Assembly: GCA_038231275.1 (NCBI GenBank)
Contig: JBBRLQ010000006.1
Coordinates: forward strand, 96,001 to 160,000
Reading direction: 5' to 3'
DNA from: Polyangiales bacterium
GTDB taxonomy: Bacteria; Myxococcota_A; Polyangia; Polyangiales; Polyangiaceae
DNA: 64,000 bases
The notes under the pieces are model-generated. The model ran no database searches. It had not been told where the DNA came from and saw nothing but the letters and a program-made list of their open reading frames with translations. Numbering within the stretch: position 1 is the first letter of the stretch; each line of letters opens with the position of its first letter. Positions 57,356 through 64,000 of the stretch are shown piece by piece. Made by a program: the position numbers and the translations under genes.

Positions 57356-59383
57356 ATGTCCAAAGAATCCAAGAACGACGCCGACGCGTCGCCGAGCAGC
57401 TTCGAAGGCGCCGGCGGGATGAACACGGGGGTGGCCATCGTCGGCTTCATCCTCTGCTTCATCTCGGGCGCCGGCCTCATGTGGGGCTACGACTCGCACC
57501 GCCTCAAGAAGGGCGAAATCGGCGCGGACAGCACCGCGTCGGCCGGCGGCGGCGGCAACTGGAGCGACGAGGACTCCCCCGTCCCCGTCTCCAGCAAAGA
57601 TCCGATGTTCGGCAAGCGTGACGCCCCCGTCACGATCGTCGTCTTCTCGGACTTCCAGTGCCCCTTCTGCTCACGCGGTGAGGCGACCGTCGACCAGGTC
57701 AAGACGACCTACGGCGACAAGGTCCGCGTCATCTGGAAGAACGAGCCCCTCAGCTTCCACCCGAACGCAAAGCCGGCCGCCGAGGCCGCGCAGGGCGTCT
57801 TCGCGATGAAGGGCGCCGAGGCTTTTTGGAAGTTCCACGACCTCGCGTTCAAGAACCAGCAGACGCTGAGCGACGACAACTACGTCGCGTGGGCAGGTCA
57901 GGCCGGCGTGACGGACATCGCCAAGTTCAAGGCGGGTCTCGCCGCGCACACGTGGGCGGACAAGGTCGAGAAGGACCACGCCATCGCGCAGAAGGCGGGC
58001 GTCAACGGGACGCCGGCGTTCTTCATCAACGGCTCGCTCCTCTCGGGCGCGCAGCCGTTCGACAAGTTCAAGACCGTCATCGACCAGGAGCTCGACAAGG
58101 CCAAGGCGAAGATCGCGTCCGGCACGCCCAAGGACAAGGTCTACGTGGCGATGTCGAACGAGAACAAGAAGGCCGCTCCGGCCGCCGCGCCGAAGGACGA
58201 GGACGAGGGTGAGAAGGAAGACACCAAGACGGTCTTCAAGGTCCCCGTCGGCCAGAGCCCGCAGCTCGGCAACGCGAACGCGCTCGTCACGATCGTCGAG
58301 TTCAGCGATTTCCAGTGCCCGTACTGCAAGCGCACCGAAGACCAGCTGAAGAAGATCCGCGAGACCTACGGCGACAAGGTCCGCTTCGTGTGGAAGGAGG
58401 AGCCTCTTCCGTTCCACCCGCGCGCCGAGCCGGCCGCGGAGCTCGGACGCGCCGCGCGCGCCGAGAAGGGCGACAAGGGCTGGTGGGCCGCGCACGACGC
58501 GATGTTCGATTCGCAGCCGAAGCTCGACGACGCGGATCTCGAGGCGGTCGCCGCCAAGATCGGCATCGACAAGGGCAAGGCGATGGACGCCATCAAGACC
58601 CACAAATACAAGAAGGAGATCGACGCGGACTCCGAGCTCGCGGACGATCTCCAGGCCAGCGGCACGCCGCACTTCTTCATCAACGGACGCCGCCTCGTCG
58701 GCGCGCAGCCGTTCGAGAAGTTCCAGAAGATCATCGACGAGGAGATCAAGCACGCGCAAGACGTGCTTGCCAAGGGCGTCGCTCCGGCGAAGCTCTACGA
58801 GGAGCTCGTCAAGGACGGCAAGGGCGCGCCCGAGCCGGAGAAGAAGACCGTCGTCCTCGCGCAGAACTCGCCGGCGAAGGGCAACACCAAGTCGAAGATC
58901 ATCATCCAGGAGTTCAGTGATTTCCAGTGCCCGTTCTGCTCGAAGGTCGAGGACACGGTCAACCAGGTCATGAAGGACTACGGCGACAAGGTGCAGCTCC
59001 AGTGGCGCAACCTCCCGCTCCCCATGCACGCCGACGCCCCGATGGCGGCGCAGGCGGCGCAAGAGGCCTACAAGCAGAAGGGCGCCGACGCCTTCTGGAA
59101 GATGCACGACAAGCTCTACGGCGGACAGAAGAACCCCGAAGGCTTGAAGCGCCCGGCGATCGAGGGCTACGCGCAGGAGCTTGGCCTCAACATGGACAAG
59201 TTCAAGACGGCGCTCGACACCAGCTCGCACAAGGCCGAGATCGAGGTCGACGAGAAGGCCGCCAAGGACGCCGGCATCAGCGGCACCCCGGCGTTCGTGA
59301 TCAACGGGTACTTCATCAGCGGCGCGCAGCCGTACCCGAAGTTCAAGAAGCTGATTGAGCGCGCGATGGCAGAGGCGAAGTAA
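57356..59383 (+). CDS. Membrane-anchored protein with three DsbA/thioredoxin-like domains
   Basis: AAGGA SD; N-terminal TM; SDFQCPFC, SDFQCPYC, SDFQCPFC, each with a GTP cis-Pro loop and GAQP. Confidence 0.93.
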   Translation: MSKESKNDADASPSSFEGAGGMNTGVAIVGFILCFISGAGLMWGYDSHRLKKGEIGADSTASAGGGGNWSDEDSPVPVSSKDPMFGKRDAPVTIVVFSDFQCPFCSRGEATVDQVKTTYGDKVRVIWKNEPLSFHPNAKPAAEAAQGVFAMKGAEAFWKFHDLAFKNQQTLSDDNYVAWAGQAGVTDIAKFKAGLAAHTWADKVEKDHAIAQKAGVNGTPAFFINGSLLSGAQPFDKFKTVIDQELDKAKAKIASGTPKDKVYVAMSNENKKAAPAAAPKDEDEGEKEDTKTVFKVPVGQSPQLGNANALVTIVEFSDFQCPYCKRTEDQLKKIRETYGDKVRFVWKEEPLPFHPRAEPAAELGRAARAEKGDKGWWAAHDAMFDSQPKLDDADLEAVAAKIGIDKGKAMDAIKTHKYKKEIDADSELADDLQASGTPHFFINGRRLVGAQPFEKFQKIIDEEIKHAQDVLAKGVAPAKLYEELVKDGKGAPEPEKKTVVLAQNSPAKGNTKSKIIIQEFSDFQCPFCSKVEDTVNQVMKDYGDKVQLQWRNLPLPMHADAPMAAQAAQEAYKQKGADAFWKMHDKLYGGQKNPEGLKRPAIEGYAQELGLNMDKFKTALDTSSHKAEIEVDEKAAKDAGISGTPAFVINGYFISGAQPYPKFKKLIERAMAEAK

Positions 59384-59401
59384 GTTCTTCGCCGATTCGG
59401 A

Positions 59402-59441
59402 CGAAGGCCCGGGGAATGAATTCCCGGGCCTTCGCCTTTTT
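59402..59441 (+). terminator. Rho-independent terminator-like hairpin between the DsbA paralogs
   Basis: Stem CGAAGGCCCGGG / CCCGGGCCTTCG followed by CCTTTTT. Confidence 0.75.
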
Positions 59442-59457
59442 GTGAGAGGTACATCGC

Positions 59458-61413
59458 ATGCGGTCCCCCTTCGTCGTCTCGCTCCTGCTCGCTGCAACCG
59501 CATGCGCCGCCACGAAACCGCCCGCGTCCGCCGCTGCCGTCGCCGACCCGAACGCCAAAGTCACCTCGACCCCGGTCGTCAAAATCGACCCCGACTCCGC
59601 GACCGCCTCCGACGAAGACGACACCCCGATCCCCGTCTCCAAGGACGATCCCACCTGGGGCAACCGCTCCGCCCTCGTCACGATCGTCGAGATGACCGAT
59701 CTCCAGTGCCCCTACTGCGCGCGCGCCGACAAGAGCGTCGCCCGCCTCCGCGAAGCGTACGGCCCCGAGCAGCTCCGCGTCGTCTGGAAGCACCACCCGC
59801 TCCCCTTCCACGCCAACGCGCGCCCCGCCGCCGAATGGGCCCAAGGCACCTTCGCGCTCGGTGGCGCCCAGGCGTTCCTCTGCTTCGAACAAAAAGCGAT
59901 GGACGACCAGTCGCGCCTCGCCCCCGACGCGTACGCGATGTGGACCAAAGAGTGCGGCGTCGACGCCGGCTCGGTGCGCGCAGGGGTCGATTCCCACCGC
60001 TGGTCCGACGTCATCGATCGCGGCATCGCCCTCTCCTCCAAGCTCGGCGCGTCCGGCACGCCGACCTTTTACGTGAACGGCGCCAAGATCACAGGCGCGC
60101 AGCCGTACGAAAAATTCGTCGAGGTCGTCGACGGACCAATCGCGATCGCCAAGCTCCTCCTCTCGAAGGGTGCGCCGCGCGACAAGCTCTACGTCATCGC
60201 GTCGACGGTGAACCAGGAGGCGGAGAAAGAGGAGGCCGATGAGCCGGTCGCCGACACCAAGACGGTCTTCAAGGTCCCGATCGGCCAGAGCCCCGTGCGC
60301 GGCCCCGCCGCGGCGCCGGTGACCATCGTCGAGTTTTCGGATTTTCAGTGCCCGTTCTGCAAGCGCTCCGAGGCCACGGTCGTCGAGCTTCGGAAAAAAT
60401 ACGGCGACAAGATCCGCGTCGTCTGGAAAGACGAGCCCCTCCCGTTCCATCCGCGCGCCGAGCCGGCCGCCGAGGTCGCGCGCGAGGCCCGTGCCCAGCG
60501 CGGCGACGCGGGGTTCTGGGACGCGCACGACGCGCTCTTCGACGTACAGCCGAAGCTCGAGGACGAGGACCTCGCCGGCGTCGCGCAGAAGCTCGGCATG
60601 AACGTCGGCAAGGTGAAGGACGCGATCAAGGCGCACCGCCACAAGAAGGGCATCGACGCCGACGCCGACCTCGCCGACGACCTCGACGCCACCGGCACCC
60701 CGCACTTCTTCATCAACGGTCGTCGCCTCGTCGGCGCGCAGCCGATCGACAAATTCACGGCGATCATCGACGAGGAGCTGAAGCACGCCGAAGATCTGCG
60801 CGGCCGAGGCATCGCCGCCGCGAAGGTCTACGAAGAGATCATCAAGGACGGCAAAGGACCCAAGCCGCTCGAGAAGCGCACGCTCGCCGCCGCGCCCGAC
60901 GCCCCGTTCCGCGGACCTGCCGGCGCGCCGATCGTCATCCAGGAGTTCTCGGATTTCCAGTGCCCGTTCTGCGCGCGCGCCGAGACGACGCTGACCGATC
61001 TCGAGAAGGCGTACCCCGGCAAGGTGAAGATCATTTGGCGCCAGATGCCGCTGTCCTTCCACGAGAACGCGCACCTCGCGGCCGAGGCGTCGATGGAGGC
61101 CTGGAAGCAAAAGGGCAACGCCGGCTTCTGGAAGATGCACGATCGCATGTACGACAACCAGAAGGAGCTCTCCCGCGAGGCGCTCGATCGCTACGCGAAG
61201 GACATCGGCCTCGACATGCAAAAGTGGGCGGCGGCGCTCGACGGCGGGACGCACAAGGCCGCCGTCGACAAGGACGCGAAGCTCGGGAGCGACGCCGGCG
61301 TGCAAGGAACCCCCGCGTTCTTCATCAACGGGTACTTCTTGAGCGGAGCCCAACCGCTGCCGAAGTTCCGCAAGGCCGTGGAGCAGGCCCTGGTCGACGC
61401 GGCGAAACACTGA
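59458..61413 (+). CDS. Lipoprotein paralog with three DsbA-like domains
   Basis: GAGG SD; lipobox ATAC; DLQCPYC, DFQCPFC, DFQCPFC; colinear with the upstream gene. Confidence 0.93.
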   Translation: MRSPFVVSLLLAATACAATKPPASAAAVADPNAKVTSTPVVKIDPDSATASDEDDTPIPVSKDDPTWGNRSALVTIVEMTDLQCPYCARADKSVARLREAYGPEQLRVVWKHHPLPFHANARPAAEWAQGTFALGGAQAFLCFEQKAMDDQSRLAPDAYAMWTKECGVDAGSVRAGVDSHRWSDVIDRGIALSSKLGASGTPTFYVNGAKITGAQPYEKFVEVVDGPIAIAKLLLSKGAPRDKLYVIASTVNQEAEKEEADEPVADTKTVFKVPIGQSPVRGPAAAPVTIVEFSDFQCPFCKRSEATVVELRKKYGDKIRVVWKDEPLPFHPRAEPAAEVAREARAQRGDAGFWDAHDALFDVQPKLEDEDLAGVAQKLGMNVGKVKDAIKAHRHKKGIDADADLADDLDATGTPHFFINGRRLVGAQPIDKFTAIIDEELKHAEDLRGRGIAAAKVYEEIIKDGKGPKPLEKRTLAAAPDAPFRGPAGAPIVIQEFSDFQCPFCARAETTLTDLEKAYPGKVKIIWRQMPLSFHENAHLAAEASMEAWKQKGNAGFWKMHDRMYDNQKELSREALDRYAKDIGLDMQKWAAALDGGTHKAAVDKDAKLGSDAGVQGTPAFFINGYFLSGAQPLPKFRKAVEQALVDAAKH

Positions 61414-61430
61414 TACCTGAAGCTGAGCCC

Positions 61431-62021
61431 GTGCTCGTTCGTCGCGCTCCCGTAAGGCAGACAACTTCGCGCGTCGCGATCGCCGCCGCGCTCTTCGCGC
61501 CCCTCACGATCGCGAGCGCGGCGGGCGCGGTGGAGCACGAGCACCACGTCGGCCTCGGCGCCGGCCCTGCCGCGCTGAAGGTCGACGACAAGGCCGGCAT
61601 GATGGTCGGCGCAGGCGGCGCGGTGCACTACGCGTACGGCTTCACCGACGCGTTCAACTTCGTCGCCGAGTACTCGAGCGCGATCGTCGCGCTCGACGCC
61701 AAGCTCGACACCCCGACGACGCCGCACACCCGCCCGAGCACGCTCGACACGCTCGGCGTCGGCGCCGCGTACGTGTTCGACGTCCTAAGATGGGTGCCCT
61801 ACGCGACGGCGATGGCCTCGGGCTCGCTCTTGCACGGCGGCACGATCGACGGCAGCCTGATCACCGGCGGCGTCCAGCTCGGGCTCGGCGTCGACTACAA
61901 ATTCAACTTCAGCTGGGCGGCCGGGGTGGCGTACCGGCAGCACCTGTTCCTCACCAAGATGAGCACCTACCCTTCGTACTCCCAGCTGATCTTCCGCGTC
62001 GAATACGCGTGGGGTCGGTGA
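61431..62021 (+). CDS. Small outer-membrane beta-barrel protein; start uncertain
   Basis: Signal peptide, alternating strands, WVPY, GLGVDY, C-terminal RVEYAWGR. Confidence 0.7.
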   Translation: MLVRRAPVRQTTSRVAIAAALFAPLTIASAAGAVEHEHHVGLGAGPAALKVDDKAGMMVGAGGAVHYAYGFTDAFNFVAEYSSAIVALDAKLDTPTTPHTRPSTLDTLGVGAAYVFDVLRWVPYATAMASGSLLHGGTIDGSLITGGVQLGLGVDYKFNFSWAAGVAYRQHLFLTKMSTYPSYSQLIFRVEYAWGR

Positions 62022-62035
62022 CTTCGAGAATCGCC

Positions 62036-62806
62036 ATGCGCACACGTTCCCTCGCCTTCGCGGTCCTCTCGTTCGCGTCGTTCGCCTCGCTTTGCGTTGC
62101 CGCGTGTGGCGGCAAAGAGAAGCCGCCGATGCAGGCCGAGAACCTCCCTCCGCCCGCCGTCGACGCCGCCACGCCGTCGGACCTCGATCCCGGCACCGCG
62201 ACGCCCAAGCCGGCCGAGGCGGAGTGGAAGGTCCTCGTCGATCTCGACGTGCGCGCCGCCAAGACACCCGTCCCCAAGCCAGAGACCTTCGTGAAGCTGA
62301 TCGACGCAAAATACAAGGCGTACCGAAAAGCGAAGAAGGACTGCAAGATGAACAACGACGCGATCCTCTCCGTCGAGGGCGGCGTCCAAGGCGCGTTCAC
62401 GAAGAAGGACGCGGCCGAGATGCTCTACCTGGTGAGCATCGCGCCGTGCGACCAGAAAGACGGCGCCGTCCACACGCTCCTCATCTTACAAGGCGGCCAC
62501 GTCGTCATGAGCGAGAAGGTCGCCGAGCACGATCTCGTCGAGGTCCGAGATCTCGACCAGGACGGCGACAACGAAATCCTCCTCGTCGGCGGGTGGCCTC
62601 CCCAAGTCAAGGCGCGCCTCATCGACACCGAGGAAGGCAAGCTCGAGACCCTCTTCGACTTCGGCGAGATTGCCAAAGGCAGCTGCGACGGCGCCAACGC
62701 GACGGGCGACAGCGCGGTGATTCGCTACCGCAAGGGAGCGACGTCGATGGAGTACAAAGCGGAAAAGAAGCCGAAAACGTGCCCGGCGGCGGCCCCGACG
62801 AAATAG
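62036..62806 (+). CDS. Hypothetical lipoprotein with one DxDxDG repeat
   Basis: Lipobox VAAC; DLDQDGDNEI. Confidence 0.75.
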   Translation: MRTRSLAFAVLSFASFASLCVAACGGKEKPPMQAENLPPPAVDAATPSDLDPGTATPKPAEAEWKVLVDLDVRAAKTPVPKPETFVKLIDAKYKAYRKAKKDCKMNNDAILSVEGGVQGAFTKKDAAEMLYLVSIAPCDQKDGAVHTLLILQGGHVVMSEKVAEHDLVEVRDLDQDGDNEILLVGGWPPQVKARLIDTEEGKLETLFDFGEIAKGSCDGANATGDSAVIRYRKGATSMEYKAEKKPKTCPAAAPTK

Positions 62807-64000
62807 CTATTTCGCCTGGGAGAGCCCGAACCCCTCGTGCAGCGTCCGCACCGCGAGCTCCGTGTACTTCGACGCGACGAGGCAGCTCACCTTGATCTCG
62901 CTCGTCGAGATCGCCTGGATGTTGATCCCCTCGTCGGCCAGCAGCTTGAACATCTTCGCCGCGACGCCCGCGTGCGAGCGCATCCCTAGCCCGACGATCG
63001 AGACCTTCACGACCTCCTCGTCGTAGCGAAGCTCCTTCGCGCCGAGCGCCTTGCCGATCTCCTCGAGGAACGGCTTGCCGCGCGCGAGATCCGTCTTCGC
63101 CACGGTGAACGTCACGTCGGCGCGCTGCCCGCGTCCGCTCGTCGCCGACTGGATGATCATGTCGACGCTGATGTTCTTCTCGGCGATCTGACCGAACAAA
63201 CTAGCGACGACGCCGGGCTTGTCCTCGACGCCGACGATGACGACGCGCGCCTCGTTCTTTTCGTACGCCACGCCCGCGACGACGACGTCCTCGAGGGTTT
63301 TGTCTTCACTCGTCACCCAGGTACCCTCCGCGTCCGAGAACGAGCTTCGCACGTGCACGGGGACGCCGTATTTCATGGCGATTTCGACGCTGCGGATCTG
63401 GAGCACTTTCGCGCCGAGCGACGCGAGCTCCAGCATCTCTTCGTAGCTGATCTTGGCGATCTTGCGAGCCGACGGACAGATGTTCGGATCGGTCGTGTAG
63501 ACGCCGTCGACGTCGGTGTAGATCTCGCACGCGCTCGCGCCGATGGCGGCAGCGACCGCGACGCCGGTCGTGTCGGATCCGCCGCGGCCGAGGGTGGTGA
63601 TGTCGCCGTTCTCGTCGACGCCCTGAAAGCCGGCGACGACCGCGATCTGGCCCTTCTTCACGGTCTCGAAGATCTTCGAGCCCTCGATCGTCTTGATGCG
63701 CGCCTTGGTGAACGCGCCGTCGGTGAGGATCTTCACCTGGTGGCCGAGGAGCGAGCGCGCCTTGCCCCCTTCGGTCTGGATGGCGAGCGCGAGGAGGGCG
63801 GCGGCGACCTGCTCGCCGGTGGCGGCGATCACATCCATCTCGCGCGCGTCGGGGATCTTCGTCACGTCGTGCGCGAGACCGAGGAGGCGGTTGGTCTCGC
63901 CGCTCATCGCGCTGACGATCACGACGACGTCGTTCCCCGCGCGCTGCGAGGCGAGAGCCCGCCGCGCAACGTTCCGAATTTTTTCGATCGACCCCACCGA
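62807..64000 (-). CDS. lysC: Aspartate kinase (5' end outside the window)
   Basis: IVSAM, VAGFQG, TTLGRGGSD, IYTDVDGVYTTDP, LGAKVL, two C-terminal ACT domains. Confidence 0.96.
   Translation of the reverse strand, partial: SVGSIEKIRNVARRALASQRAGNDVVVIVSAMSGETNRLLGLAHDVTKIPDAREMDVIAATGEQVAAALLALAIQTEGGKARSLLGHQVKILTDGAFTKARIKTIEGSKIFETVKKGQIAVVAGFQGVDENGDITTLGRGGSDTTGVAVAAAIGASACEIYTDVDGVYTTDPNICPSARKIAKISYEEMLELASLGAKVLQIRSVEIAMKYGVPVHVRSSFSDAEGTWVTSEDKTLEDVVVAGVAYEKNEARVVIVGVEDKPGVVASLFGQIAEKNISVDMIIQSATSGRGQRADVTFTVAKTDLARGKPFLEEIGKALGAKELRYDEEVVKVSIVGLGMRSHAGVAAKMFKLLADEGINIQAISTSEIKVSCLVASKYTELAVRTLHEGFGLSQAK

Noticed and set aside
59167..61464. Long antisense ORFs over the DsbA genes (also 57671-59503, 35260-37542, 29437-31785, 26980-28560)
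   Set aside because: Expected stop-poor shadow frames in high-GC DNA; no motifs, and they overlap well-supported genes

Overview
High-GC (roughly 70% by eye), gene-dense bacterial chromosomal segment. Its gene content is typical of Myxococcota, most likely Polyangiales (Sorangiineae, Labilithrix-like): three Hanks-type Ser/Thr kinases, an FHA-sigma54 activator, PEGA/TPR proteins, many Cys- or Gly-rich 'D-A-G' linker lipoproteins and extracytoplasmic c-type cytochromes. It holds about 60 CDS, including housekeeping genes (trmL, phhB, rnc, PBP1A, pgeF, cystathionine beta-synthase, tyrA, kynA, partial lysC). I recognised no rRNA, tRNA, CRISPR array, transposase or integrase. Most notable observations: (1) a signal-peptide, Cys-containing leader ORF ending in ERPPRA directly upstream of two tandem triple-DsbA genes, a candidate export/disulfide-sensing arrest-peptide system; (2) an operon of a diheme-cytochrome lipoprotein broken by one in-frame TAA, a small lipopeptide with repeated (G/A)N(L/F) motifs and a ferritin-like diiron enzyme, a candidate modification system; (3) a protein joining a phage/eCIS baseplate-chaperone-like double Cys-pair region to a zincin and a membrane anchor; (4) a eukaryote-like delta24-sterol reductase homolog; (5) a perfect 30-bp nested palindrome over a GntR start codon; (6) two intergenic regions that each carry paired GRAC-N8-GTYC sites 70-71 bp apart, one next to a clear sigma54 promoter. 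All family calls come from motif recognition by eye, with no database searches.
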